Source: Candidatus Altiarchaeota archaeon
Lineage (GTDB): Archaea; Altiarchaeota; Altiarchaeia; IMC4; SCGC-AAA252-I15
NCBI GenBank assembly: GCA_043800705.1
Contig: JAZDMS010000034.1
Coordinates: 1,827 to 65,826, forward strand
Length of the DNA: 64,000 nucleotides
Reading direction: 5' to 3'
The position numbers and the translations under genes were made by a program. Of this stretch, positions 1-9,569 are shown one piece after another. The notes beneath the pieces were generated by a model. The model saw nothing but the letters and a program-made list of their open reading frames with translations, had not been told where the DNA came from and made no database searches. Position 1 is the stretch's first letter. Each line of letters starts with the position of its first letter.

Positions 1-1
1 G

Positions 2-172
2 ATAGCAGGAGACACCGCATGCGGGAGACTAAATGGCCTAGTGTCCGGTTGGGTATATACTTGTGTGGATTGCTTGGGTACGGATGCCGTCACCATCCCC
101 TCGGCCAGTACAGGTGGTGGATGTAGTGCAGGATTCAATAATCCGACATATTGCGCCTGCAGAGTGATATAG
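2..172 (+). CDS. 3' end of a Cys-rich, probably secreted protein (partial; not in ORF track)
   Basis: Frame 2 is open from the window edge (IAGDTACGRLNG...TCVDC...GGCSAGFNNPTYCACRVI*), TAG at 170-172, just before the next gene's AGGAG/ATG. Confidence 0.55.
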   Translation: MAGDTACGRLNGLVSGWVYTCVDCLGTDAVTIPSASTGGGCSAGFNNPTYCACRVI

Positions 173-177
173 GAGCC

Positions 178-1377
178 ATGAAGAAAATAGCATCCCTAGT
201 GGCTTTGATGATTCTGGCGGGTTCAGCCTATGCCTTGTCCGCAGCAGGGGGCGGCTATCGCGTCGACGAGTTCGCAGGCAACATCGCTGGCGGATATGGC
301 AACGCCACCTACACACTGGCATACAACAGCGGAGGGATTGCATCAGGCGGCGGCTACACCGCCGGCATCGGACTCCTTGGCGGCACGACCCCGGCCGCAT
401 CCACGACGTCGACGACGACCACGTCGACGTCGACCACAACTACTGCCGCAAGCGGAGGAGGAGGTGGGCACAAGCCTGCGACCACCACGAATCCGCCCAC
501 GACCACCAGGCCCCCCACCACCACGAGCCCGCCGACAACGACAATGGCTACTACCACAACCCTGGCTACAACAACCACGATGGAAACGACCACGACCCTG
601 GCAACCACGACAACCATGGAAACGACCACGACCCTCTCCGCCACAACCACACTGGAGCCGACGACCACGCTCACTGCAACCACAATCGCTCCGGCATCAA
701 CACTAATCCCGCCATCGACAATTTCTCCCCCAACCACCGAAAAAGGCCGCATCTCAAACAAAAAGGACGCATCAGGGAATGAGAAAGGCACCGACCAAAA
801 AGGCCCGGCAAACGCCGCCAATCAGACAACCGCCGAACCCGTCAACGCCGAAATAGAGGTGGAGATGGACGACACAAGATACCTTCTCCCAGGCGGAGAA
901 ATAGAATACACCGCATGGGTTAGTAGCAACATGCCGGTCAACGGCCTGGTCTCCTGGCTGGACATGGAATCCGGCTTCACAAAAGATCAGGAACAGACGA
1001 TAAGCCTAGAAAAAGACACGCCAACGAGGATCACCTGGAGGATAAGCGCAAAAGACGACACCAACCCTGGCGCATACCCCATAAAGCTGACGATAATCAG
1101 CCCAGAAGGAACGATAAGAACCGAAAAGACGTCCAGGGTCGTGGTAGAAAAACCTGTGACTGTGCCCATCCTAAACATCGAAGCCCCCCCGTATTCCGTC
1201 GTACAAGACAAGGCATACTCGACGATATGGAAGGTGTCGTCCGTCATGTTCAGATACACATACCTCATTATATCGCTGCTGATCCTGGCCGTGGGCGCAG
1301 CCTATATGGTCAGAAGACGTATGAAAAATAGGCCGTCCAGGCTGAGCGTCGCAGGCCTGAAGGAGGCAGTCGTCTGA
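178..1377 (+). CDS. Secreted, membrane-anchored Thr/Pro-rich surface glycoprotein with an Ig-like domain
   Basis: Signal peptide MKKIASLVALMILAGSAYA after AGGAG; long poly-Thr linker; C-terminal TM helix plus basic tail. ATG 178 preferred over TTG 151. Confidence 0.75.
   Translation: MKKIASLVALMILAGSAYALSAAGGGYRVDEFAGNIAGGYGNATYTLAYNSGGIASGGGYTAGIGLLGGTTPAASTTSTTTTSTSTTTTAASGGGGGHKPATTTNPPTTTRPPTTTSPPTTTMATTTTLATTTTMETTTTLATTTTMETTTTLSATTTLEPTTTLTATTIAPASTLIPPSTISPPTTEKGRISNKKDASGNEKGTDQKGPANAANQTTAEPVNAEIEVEMDDTRYLLPGGEIEYTAWVSSNMPVNGLVSWLDMESGFTKDQEQTISLEKDTPTRITWRISAKDDTNPGAYPIKLTIISPEGTIRTEKTSRVVVEKPVTVPILNIEAPPYSVVQDKAYSTIWKVSSVMFRYTYLIISLLILAVGAAYMVRRRMKNRPSRLSVAGLKEAVV
547..690 (+). 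repeat. Coding tandem repeat, 18/36-bp period, encoding (A/E)TTTT(L/M)
   Basis: ATTTTLATTTTMETTTTLATTTTMETTTTL; ATGGAAACGACCACGACCCT occurs twice, 36 bp apart. Confidence 0.8.
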
Positions 1378-1462
1378 AGCGGCGGAACGTATCAAAGCCC
1401 CGCCCTGAACGCTTAAATAAGGGTTTAACCATATCTACTTACCCAAGTATATTGAGGTAAAA

Positions 1463-2533
1463 ATGGTCTCGATTGTTGTCGGAGGACACTACGGCGATGA
1501 AGGAAAGGGCAAGGTCGTATCGTATCTAGCCCTCAAAGACGACCCAGCATACATCGGGCGCGCGGGCGTCGGCCCGAATGCCGGCCACACGGTCGTCCAC
1601 AACGGGAAAAAATACGGCCTCAGGATGATAAGCTGCGGGTTCGTGAACCCGTCGAGCAACATACTCATAGGTGCCGGGGTCCTCGTGGACATCAAGCGGT
1701 TCATGGAGGAGGTCCAGATGACCGGCGTCGGGGGGCGCATCACTATCGACGAGAGGTGTCCGATAATCGAGCAGGTCCACAAGGACCAGGACAAGGACGA
1801 CAACAGCAAGAAGATCGGGACGACAGGGTCCGGCTGCGGGCCCGCCAACGCCGCCCGCGTGAACAGGACGGCAAGGCTGGCGAAGGATTTTCCCGAACTG
1901 AAGGAATACCTCGGCGACGTCCCCACCATGGTCAATGACGCCATCGACAAGGAGGAGGAGGTCCTCATCGAAGCAAGCCAGGGATTCGGCCTCAGCCTAT
2001 ACTACGGCAACTACCCGTACGTTACCAGCAAGGACACGTCGGCTTCCACTGCGGCTGCGGACCTCGGAGTCGGTCCGACGAGGGTGGATGACGTCTACGT
2101 CATCTACAAGGCCTATATGAGCCGCGTGGGCGAAGACCCGTACATACACTACCTAAACGACAAGGAGATTGCAGATTCGCCCATATTCTCCAGGCTCCTG
2201 AGGCAGGCCGACGAGAAGGGCCTGCAGGGAACCTCCAATCAGAGGATCGCACAAGTCCTCGGCGAGGTGGGGACCGTGACCGGCAGGCCGAGGAAGATCG
2301 GCTCCTTCGACTACGATCTGGCGAGGTATTCCGCAAGGGTGAACGGCGCCACGCACATCAGCATCACCTGCCTCGACAAGCTGTTCCCCGAATGCGCAGG
2401 CGTCAGGGAATACGACAGGCTGTCGAAGGATGCGAAGGATCACGTCAAGGTCATCGAAGAGAGGGTCGGCGTCAAGGCGACCATCATCTCGACAGGCCCA
2501 GACGTCTACGACGTGGTGGACCTGAGGGACTGA
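1463..2533 (+). CDS. purA: Adenylosuccinate synthetase (short archaeal type)
   Basis: GDEGKGK, GPNAGHT, IGTTGSGCGP, YPYVTS and GTVTGRPR motifs; GAGGT SD-like site upstream. Confidence 0.97.
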   Translation: MVSIVVGGHYGDEGKGKVVSYLALKDDPAYIGRAGVGPNAGHTVVHNGKKYGLRMISCGFVNPSSNILIGAGVLVDIKRFMEEVQMTGVGGRITIDERCPIIEQVHKDQDKDDNSKKIGTTGSGCGPANAARVNRTARLAKDFPELKEYLGDVPTMVNDAIDKEEEVLIEASQGFGLSLYYGNYPYVTSKDTSASTAAADLGVGPTRVDDVYVIYKAYMSRVGEDPYIHYLNDKEIADSPIFSRLLRQADEKGLQGTSNQRIAQVLGEVGTVTGRPRKIGSFDYDLARYSARVNGATHISITCLDKLFPECAGVREYDRLSKDAKDHVKVIEERVGVKATIISTGPDVYDVVDLRD

Positions 2534-2563
2534 ACGGCCTGAATCGCCCCCGTCTGTTTTGCA

Positions 2564-3226
2564 ATGGACCCAAAGGACGAGCTGAACGAGGAGCGATCGC
2601 GCAGGATAAGGGCTGAGGAGGATCTGGCAGCCTGGCAAAATGGCGCGATACAGAAGCTCTCTCCCGAAGAAATCGCCCAGGTTATCCAGACCCAGCAGCT
2701 TCAGGCATTGACGTACCATCTTATGAAGCAGAAGCAGGCTGCGGATGATGCCGCATCCAGGCTCAGGGCCAAGGAAAAGGAGCTCTCTGAGGCCGTAAAC
2801 AACATACGGAGGCTCGAGGAGGAGCTCGATTCCAAAAACAAGGAGCTGGAGAAGGCCAGGAAGGACCGCGAGACCAGGGTTCAGCCAGTCAGTCAGCCCG
2901 TGGGCCAACGCTTCGGAGTCTCAGGCATACCCACAGATGAGGAGCTTGAAAGCATCCTTGCGATGCCCGCCCAGCAGACGAAGGCTCAGAGGGTGACGCC
3001 TGGGATGCAAAGGACGAAGAGGAAACCGAAGGGATTCAAGGACTTCATACAGCTTCTGAGGAGGATGGAGAGGATAAACCTCTATGACGCCGCATTGCTT
3101 CTTGACCAAAACCAGGACGACGTCATGCTCTGGGCCAGGGCGCTGGAGCGCAGAGGCTACATCACCATACACGGCCTCAGGGAGAAGACGATCCAGGCCA
3201 CGGACAAGATGGTCAAGACAAGATAA
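2564..3226 (+). CDS. Hypothetical coiled-coil protein with a probable C-terminal winged-HTH
   Basis: Heptad-rich middle region; C-terminus INLYDAALLLDQNQDDVMLWARALERRGYITI resembles a wHTH. Confidence 0.6.
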   Translation: MDPKDELNEERSRRIRAEEDLAAWQNGAIQKLSPEEIAQVIQTQQLQALTYHLMKQKQAADDAASRLRAKEKELSEAVNNIRRLEEELDSKNKELEKARKDRETRVQPVSQPVGQRFGVSGIPTDEELESILAMPAQQTKAQRVTPGMQRTKRKPKGFKDFIQLLRRMERINLYDAALLLDQNQDDVMLWARALERRGYITIHGLREKTIQATDKMVKTR

Positions 3227-3310
3227 GATGATGCAGCCTGATGGAAGCGCATCATATTTTGAACAGGATATGGACTATGACAACAGAACCCCGATATTAG
3301 GCTGTTCAAA

Positions 3311-4390
3311 ATGAGATATGACTTCCTTGTCGTGGGAAACGGGCCGACGGGATCGCATGCGGCGGCCTATGCCGCAAAAAGATTTGAGACCGCCATAGTC
3401 GGGTCCGGCGGGCGGCGGGTGCAATGCGCAGGCCTCATCAGCATTTCCGGCCTGAAGCGGATCGGCGCCCCCGAAGGCGACTACGTTATCAACAGGATCC
3501 GGGGTGCGAGGATCCATTCCCCCGGCGGCGTCATGGTCGAAGTCGACGCCAGGAAGCCCGTCGCATACGCCGTCGACAGGCTCGCATTCGACGAGCGCCT
3601 CCTCGAAGAGGCGCTCGACGCCGGGGCGAAACACATAGTCGGCCAGGCCAGGTCGCTGAGATCCGGCGTGAAGCTGTCGGACGGGAAGACGGTGGAGGCG
3701 GACAGGACCATTTTAGCCACAGGCAGCGATTTCACGCTCCAGATCCAGGAGGGACTGGACAGGCCGAAGGACTTCCTCGTCGGCGGGCAGTACGAGATGA
3801 AGGTCGACTGCGACAGGGACTTCGTCGAACTCCACTTCTGCGTCCCCGACTTCTTCGCATGGGTGATTCCGCTTGGCGACAGTGCGAGGGTGGGGCTGTG
3901 CGTCAGGGGGAATCCACGGCCGTACCTGGACGCATTCGTGAAAAAGCTCGGAAAGAGGGTGAAGTCGGGCAGGATACTATCGGAGTCATTCGGGATCATA
4001 CCGGTCCACGACCCCAGGGTCAGGACGCAGTACCCAAACCTCGTCACAGTCGGAGACGCCGCAGGCCAGGTCAAGGCCTCCACCGGAGGGGGCATCATCT
4101 TCGGCTGCATCGCGGCCGAACATGCGACGGCGCCCGACTACGAGAGGCTGTGGAGGGCTGAGATAGGCCGGGACCTGAAGATGCACCTGATGATACACAG
4201 GGTGCTTGGGAGGATGAGCGACAGGGGCAAGGACAGGTTCTTCAGGATGATAAAAGGCTCTAGCGGGATCCTTGAGAGGCAGGGCGACATGGACTTCGCG
4301 GAAAAGACCGCATGGGCTTTCTTGATGGATCCCGGATTCGTCGCAAAGGCGACGGTGAACCTGCCGTGGCTGCTGGCGGACATCCTCTGA
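3311..4390 (+). CDS. Geranylgeranyl reductase family FAD oxidoreductase
   Basis: YDFLVVGNGPTG, CAGLIS, VDRLAFD, FFAWVIP, VGDAAGQVKASTGGGI. Confidence 0.9.
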   Translation: MRYDFLVVGNGPTGSHAAAYAAKRFETAIVGSGGRRVQCAGLISISGLKRIGAPEGDYVINRIRGARIHSPGGVMVEVDARKPVAYAVDRLAFDERLLEEALDAGAKHIVGQARSLRSGVKLSDGKTVEADRTILATGSDFTLQIQEGLDRPKDFLVGGQYEMKVDCDRDFVELHFCVPDFFAWVIPLGDSARVGLCVRGNPRPYLDAFVKKLGKRVKSGRILSESFGIIPVHDPRVRTQYPNLVTVGDAAGQVKASTGGGIIFGCIAAEHATAPDYERLWRAEIGRDLKMHLMIHRVLGRMSDRGKDRFFRMIKGSSGILERQGDMDFAEKTAWAFLMDPGFVAKATVNLPWLLADIL

Positions 4391-4424
4391 GCCTTTATAT
4401 TGGGGTTAGTGTTATTTCCTATAC

Positions 4425-4712
4425 ATGGACGCGTATACGATCATCTTCGGGACGGCCTTGATCCTGGCCGCCATTATGGTCCCCGGATTCGCCCTTACCG
4501 CGGCTGTCATGCCATCCGCCGGCGGCATAAGGTGGAGCGAACGGCTCGGCCTCAGCTTAGTATTCGGACTCACTCCGTACCTCCTTCTGCACTTTCTGAC
4601 GAAGAACATGAACCTTCAGATCACGACCGAGACGACGCTGCTGACGATAGCGGCGGTCACGATAGCGTCGGCCGCGGTCTGGAAGATGAGGACGGAAAAG
4701 GCTACTGCTTAG
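4425..4712 (+). CDS. Small membrane protein (DUF1616-like N-terminus)
   Basis: Three hydrophobic segments; PGFALTAAVMP...ERLGLSLVFGL pattern. Confidence 0.65.
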   Translation: MDAYTIIFGTALILAAIMVPGFALTAAVMPSAGGIRWSERLGLSLVFGLTPYLLLHFLTKNMNLQITTETTLLTIAAVTIASAAVWKMRTEKATA

Positions 4713-5209
4713 ATGCTTTTCCCCAATTCTTCTGCGTTCTTCACGACCTTTACCTCTCTGCGGAGCTTCCTTACGTTTTCGAGGTCCACCCGCCTGCAAG
4801 TGAGGGTGATCTTCCCGCCTGAGACCGTCTTTCCAGTCACCGTCTTGGCGGCGTCGGTCGGCAGAATGACCACGGATACTCCCCCCTTCAGCGCCTGGGA
4901 CACGACGTTCGTCACCAGGCTGTCTGCGATCCCGTGCGCCAGCTTCGCGGCAGTGTTCCCGGAACAGGGGGCTACCACGACCTTGTCGAACCTCCCAAGC
5001 CTCATGATAAGCGTGGACGAATCGCCGTGCCTGCTCTCATAGACCGTCTCCTTGGCCGCGGCCTTGATTCTCTCAAGTAGCAGGTACATCGACGCCACCT
5101 CCTGTGCTGCCGACGACAGGACGACCGTGACGTCGCCCAATCCCTCAAGGACCGACACAGACTCCTCAAGGAAATATTCCGCGCCGCAGACGCACCAGAG
5201 GACCCTCAT
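4709..5209 (-). CDS. Archaeal flavoprotein (AfpA/HFCD flavoprotein family)
   Basis: VLWCVCGA, VVVAPCSGNTAAKLAHGIADSLVTN, ILPTD. Confidence 0.85.
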   Translation of the reverse strand: MRVLWCVCGAEYFLEESVSVLEGLGDVTVVLSSAAQEVASMYLLLERIKAAAKETVYESRHGDSSTLIMRLGRFDKVVVAPCSGNTAAKLAHGIADSLVTNVVSQALKGGVSVVILPTDAAKTVTGKTVSGGKITLTCRRVDLENVRKLRREVKVVKNAEELGKSI

Positions 5210-5285
5210 GAACCGTTTATTGTCAGATAGCGCATATAAAGGCGGAGCCCCCCCTTTTTTTACCGTCTTCTGCGATAATTAACCG

Positions 5286-5909
5286 ATGACTTCCAGCCCT
5301 CATGCTGACAGTTCCTGGAAAAGCGTCCATACATACAAAGGCGGCCTACGCGGACGGATCGAGCCGCACCTGCCGGAGCTGGATCGCCTGGTCAGCGGGG
5401 CCCTTGGGTATGCCGCCCTCGGGTCATTGGTAGTGCTCGTCGCATTACTCTATTTCGCAGGCTCATCGCTTTCCGTGCAGCTGATCACTATGGCAGTGGG
5501 GGTGTTTGGCGGCCTGATAGGCGTGTACTTCCTCAACCGCTCATTCGACCAGGAGAAGAACCTGCAGTTCTTCGAGGGGGAGAAGATAATCCTCGAATCC
5601 AAGACGCCGGGCACCTATGCGGTCGTCGCCAAGCTCAGCGACAGGGACATCCCCTTCGAGCCGATAAGGTCAAACATATACCTCACCAACCTGGGCATCC
5701 TCGCAGAACGGCAGGGGACTGGAGAGGCGGCCCTGTTCATACCGCTCGACATGATAACCGACGTATCACCGAGCAGGGAGGGCATCAGGGTCGGGGCGGT
5801 CGATCCGAGAAACCAGAACATGGAGGTGGTGCTGTACCTGGAAAACCGCGACGCATGGCTTCGGGAGATCAGCGGCCAGATAGACAGGCTGGCAAGAATA
5901 AATAGATGA
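5286..5909 (+). CDS. Membrane protein with two TM helices and a PH/GRAM-like C-terminal domain
   Basis: EGEKIILE...IYLTNLGI...IPLDMITDV pattern typical of PH-like domains. Confidence 0.6.
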   Translation: MTSSPHADSSWKSVHTYKGGLRGRIEPHLPELDRLVSGALGYAALGSLVVLVALLYFAGSSLSVQLITMAVGVFGGLIGVYFLNRSFDQEKNLQFFEGEKIILESKTPGTYAVVAKLSDRDIPFEPIRSNIYLTNLGILAERQGTGEAALFIPLDMITDVSPSREGIRVGAVDPRNQNMEVVLYLENRDAWLREISGQIDRLARINR

Positions 5910-7330
5910 AACAGCCTATCACTTCTCCTATGCACAAGAGCCCCCATATAAGTCCGGAGTTCGAATCCGCGATCAAGGCCTTCTCCGATGAGCTGATCAA
6001 GGAGGACGACTTCTTCGTCCTGAGCCACCACGACGCGGACGGGATCACTAGCTGCGCGATAACCGTCGACCTGCTGCGAAGCCTCGGCAGGAACGTCGAC
6101 TTCCACTGCCTCAAGCAGATCGACTCCTTCACTGTCGAAAAGATAAGGGAATACAGGGGCAGGACCGTCGTCCTGACCGACTTCGGATCGGGCCACCACA
6201 GCCTCCTTGCAGAGCACGGCGTGAAAGACTACTACGTCATAGACCACCACCCGCCGGAGAGGGACTACCCGAGGCAGATCAACCCCGCCATGTTCGGCTA
6301 CAACGGAGGCAGCGAACTGTCGGGCGCGGGGATGGCGTACCTTGTCGCGAAATCCCTCGGACGCATCGAGTTGCCCCAGATCGCGGTCGTCGGAGCCGTC
6401 GGCGACATGCAGGATTCCAGGGGGGCCCTCGGGAGCCTGAACCGCGCAATAATCGAGGACGGGGAAGCGAGGGGGACGCTGGAGATAGAGAATGATATCA
6501 GGATGTTCGGCAGGCAGAGCAGGTCGCTCGTCCAGATGCTGACATACTCTTCGGAGCCGGTCATACCGGGGCTGACGGGAAGCCAGGCTGCATGCTCCCA
6601 GTTCATAGAGTCGCTCGGCATCCCCTTGAAGAGCGATGATAAATGGAGGTCGTATGTGGAGCTTTCTCCGAAGGAGAAGGAGACACTAACCTCCGCGATC
6701 TACATGCGCCTTGTCGACAACAGGGTGCCTGATTTCATAATCCACGGCATGTACGGGGAGAACTATACGCTCTCCAAGGAGGAGCTCAAGAGCGAATTGA
6801 GGGATGCCAAGGAATATGCGACGGTCCTGAACGCATGCGGCCGCCACGAACAGCCCAACATAGGGGTCCAGGTCTGCCTCGGAGACCGGGGACAGGCGTG
6901 GCACAAGGCAAAATCCCTCCTGGAGAAGCACCGCAGGGAGCTGGCGGAGGGCATAGAGTACCTCGGAGAGATCGGGACGACGGACATGCCGAACCTCAGG
7001 TACTTCGACGCCCAGGGCATCATAAGGGAATCGCTGGTGGGGGTAGTAGCAGGGATGGCCTACGGAGCCCGCATAATACCTGAGGACAAGCCGGTGCTCG
7101 CCTTCGCGGAAGACTCCAACGACGAGAACTTCCTCAAAGTCAGCGCCCGCGCCAACTGGAACCTCGTCAGGCGGGGGATACACCTCGGAAAGGCGATGAG
7201 CTCATGCAGCAAAAAGCACGGCGGAGAAGGCGGAGGCCACGACATAGCCGCAGGCGCCAGGGTGCCGAAGGAAAAGAAGGACGAATTCCTGAGATCCGTC
7301 GACAGCATGTTCAAGGAGCAGATCAGGTGA
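5906..7330 (+). CDS. RecJ/Cdc45-like DHH-DHHA1 phosphoesterase
   Basis: SHHDADG, LTDFG, IDHH, GAVGDMQ, GGGHDIAAG motifs; the true start may be 5930. Confidence 0.93.
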   Translation: MKQPITSPMHKSPHISPEFESAIKAFSDELIKEDDFFVLSHHDADGITSCAITVDLLRSLGRNVDFHCLKQIDSFTVEKIREYRGRTVVLTDFGSGHHSLLAEHGVKDYYVIDHHPPERDYPRQINPAMFGYNGGSELSGAGMAYLVAKSLGRIELPQIAVVGAVGDMQDSRGALGSLNRAIIEDGEARGTLEIENDIRMFGRQSRSLVQMLTYSSEPVIPGLTGSQAACSQFIESLGIPLKSDDKWRSYVELSPKEKETLTSAIYMRLVDNRVPDFIIHGMYGENYTLSKEELKSELRDAKEYATVLNACGRHEQPNIGVQVCLGDRGQAWHKAKSLLEKHRRELAEGIEYLGEIGTTDMPNLRYFDAQGIIRESLVGVVAGMAYGARIIPEDKPVLAFAEDSNDENFLKVSARANWNLVRRGIHLGKAMSSCSKKHGGEGGGHDIAAGARVPKEKKDEFLRSVDSMFKEQIR

Positions 7331-8132
7331 ATCCCGCGTCGGCCAGCATCCTCTTCAGTGTCTTGACATCCTCTGGTATGCTCGTGTGCGGATTCTTCGA
7401 AGAGCCCTCAAGGACGAACATCCCCGAGTAGCCGGCCTTTTCCAGTTCGCGAAGAGGAGTCATTAGGTCGAGACTGCCCTGGCCTATGGGAAGGTGCGCG
7501 TGCTGCCCCGCCTTGAAGTCCGAGATGTGGGCGTGCACAATCTTCGACCCCAGTTTCTCGACGTATCCAGCCGGATCATGGCGGCCAAGCAGCATATGAG
7601 CGATGTCCAAGGTGACGTGGACGTTATCGAGTCCTGTTAGCGCCTCGACTGTCTCTTTAGCAGAGTCCAGGAAAGAGCCCTCCTTCGCCATGTTCTCGAC
7701 GCACAGGAGGCAGCTTCGGTCTTTCGCCTCGGCGTCCAGGCGCCTTAGGTTTCCCTTCAATGAGTCGTAGGCCTTCTCCTTGTGATACCTGAATTTTCCG
7801 GGATGGAACGTCACCGCCTTCGAGCCGAGCAGGTCCGCGACCTCGAGGCATTTCATCACCTCCCGTGCCGCGCACGACGCGGCTGCGGGATTCAACGAGG
7901 AGATGTTCAGGTCGTGGCATGGCGCGTGGATGGTGGTCTCCAGGTCGTAGGTGGTTAGCACGTCCTTGAGCCTGTCGAGGTCCCCCTTCATCTGCGACTG
8001 GCGCCAACTTGGGAAGAAGGGAGGCATCATCCACAGCTCTGCGGCGTCGGCGACCTTGCTGATGTAATCCAGGTTGAGGGCGAGATTCTCCTCCACGACC
8101 CAAAGGACCCGGGTGGATACGCCTATCATCAT
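7323..8132 (-). CDS. Sugar phosphate isomerase/epimerase (xylose isomerase-like TIM barrel)
   Basis: TIHAP, FHPG, CVENM, TLDIAH, HAHISD, HLPIGQG, VLE metal ligands. Confidence 0.88.
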   Translation of the reverse strand: MMIGVSTRVLWVVEENLALNLDYISKVADAAELWMMPPFFPSWRQSQMKGDLDRLKDVLTTYDLETTIHAPCHDLNISSLNPAAASCAAREVMKCLEVADLLGSKAVTFHPGKFRYHKEKAYDSLKGNLRRLDAEAKDRSCLLCVENMAKEGSFLDSAKETVEALTGLDNVHVTLDIAHMLLGRHDPAGYVEKLGSKIVHAHISDFKAGQHAHLPIGQGSLDLMTPLRELEKAGYSGMFVLEGSSKNPHTSIPEDVKTLKRMLADAGFT

Positions 8133-8235
8133 GCTTTTATACTAGTTGCGCCCTTATTTATAGTACGTCTTTTTTCTGGGCGGTCTCGGATTCGTCTGGT
8201 CCGCGCCAAGAGATTAAAAGTATAATCAGTCTAAA

Positions 8236-8694
8236 ATGGCTCGCATGCATTCGCGCAGGAAGGGCAAGTCCAAGTCGATGAAGCCTGAAAGGACCGAAGT
8301 CCCGGAATGGGTCCCCTACAGCAAGCAGGAGGTCGAGGAGCTCATTGTCAAGCTGGCAAGGGAGGGAAACAATCCGAGCAAGATCGGCCTCCTTCTGCGC
8401 GACCAGTACGGGGTCCCCGACGTCAGGCCGATTATGGGGATGAAGCTCACACAGGTCCTTCGGAATAACGATATGGGGCTGAAGCTCCCCGAAGACCTGC
8501 AGAACATTATAAACAAGTCCGTCGCGCTCTCGAGCCACATCGGCAAGCACAAGAAGGACAACCACAACAAGCGGTCGCTGTTCCTCATGGAGTCGAAGAT
8601 CAGAAGGCTTACAAAATACTACGTCAGGAGCGGGAAGCTGCCCGAAGACTGGCGCTACAACCCGGAGCAGGCGAGGCTGCTGGTTTCAAAATGA
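8236..8694 (+). CDS. rps15: 30S ribosomal protein uS15 (S13e)
   Basis: MARMHSRRKGKSKS, IGLLLRDQYGVP, ESKIRRLTKYY. Confidence 0.97.
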   Translation: MARMHSRRKGKSKSMKPERTEVPEWVPYSKQEVEELIVKLAREGNNPSKIGLLLRDQYGVPDVRPIMGMKLTQVLRNNDMGLKLPEDLQNIINKSVALSSHIGKHKKDNHNKRSLFLMESKIRRLTKYYVRSGKLPEDWRYNPEQARLLVSK

Positions 8695-8909
8695 TGTGCA
8701 AGGCAATCCTAATCGCGGAATCGCTTGGCGCAGTCGCAGTCGCAAAGGCCCTGAACGGGGACAACGTCCGCATGGACAGCCTGACCGTCAGAACGAGCTC
8801 GTCCACAGGCAAAGTGACGACAGAGATCGACTGCGAGTCCGTCTCGACTCTAATGGCGACCGTCGACGACCTTCTGAGGTGCCAGATGACATCGGAGAGT
8901 TTGATATAG
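8691..8909 (+). CDS. pcc1: KEOPS complex subunit Pcc1
   Basis: 72 aa, AKALNGDN...TLMATVDDLL; conserved position between rps15 and rps3ae. Confidence 0.8.
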   Translation: MMCKAILIAESLGAVAVAKALNGDNVRMDSLTVRTSSSTGKVTTEIDCESVSTLMATVDDLLRCQMTSESLI

Positions 8910-8910
8910 A

Positions 8911-9471
8911 ATGGCGGCAAAGACTGTAACCTCCTGGAAGAGCAAGAAGATTTATTCCATACTCGCGCCCGAGAACTTCGACTATCAGGAAGTCGGCGAG
9001 ACACTGGCCTCCGAGCCGGACAGGCTCATCGGAAGGACAATCAACATCTCCCTCGGCGAGCTGATGGGCGACAGGAGCAAGAACTACATGAACCTGCTCT
9101 TCGAAGTCTCCGAAGTGAAGGGCGACAAGGCCCAGACGAAGTTCAAGAAGTTCTTCATCCCGGAGGGGTACCTGAGGTCGAAGGTCAGGAAGAGGACCGA
9201 CAAGATAGACTACCAGAAGGACATAGCCTTCGGGGAGAGGAGGGTCAGGGTAAAGATCATGGTGCTCTCAAGGCACCGCATAAGCGACGTCCAGCAGGTC
9301 GAGATAAAGAAGAGGATCGGCACGGTCCTGTCAGAGCACTCCAACGTCGAAGCCGACAAGTTCGTTCAGCAGACGCTGTTCGGCAAGCTCGGCACCGAGA
9401 TCTACAAGAGAATCAAGACCGTCTGCCCGATCATGAGGGTCGAAGTCTACGAGATCAGCATACTGAAGTAG
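8911..9471 (+). CDS. rps3ae: 30S ribosomal protein eS1 (S3Ae)
   Basis: WKSKKIYSILAPENF, LIGRTINISLGELMGD, YLRSKVRKRTDKID. Confidence 0.93.
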   Translation: MAAKTVTSWKSKKIYSILAPENFDYQEVGETLASEPDRLIGRTINISLGELMGDRSKNYMNLLFEVSEVKGDKAQTKFKKFFIPEGYLRSKVRKRTDKIDYQKDIAFGERRVRVKIMVLSRHRISDVQQVEIKKRIGTVLSEHSNVEADKFVQQTLFGKLGTEIYKRIKTVCPIMRVEVYEISILK

Positions 9472-9472
9472 A

Positions 9473-9567
9473 AGTCTGCGGTTTTCAGTTTCCGGTTTAC
9501 AGTTCTCGGTCTGCGTCCCCTGACGTGAAAACTGGAGACTGTAAACAGCAGACCGCAGACAGAGGAC
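9473..9567. repeat. Degenerate heptamer inverted repeat, (RGTYYNC)x6 / (GNRRACN)x6
   Basis: AGTCTGC GGTTTTC AGTTTCC GGTTTAC AGTTCTC GGTCTGC, 12-nt spacer, then GAAAACT GGAGACT GTAAACA GCAGACC GCAGACA GAGGACA; fills the gap between two convergent stop codons. Confidence 0.9.
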
Positions 9568-9569
9568 AG

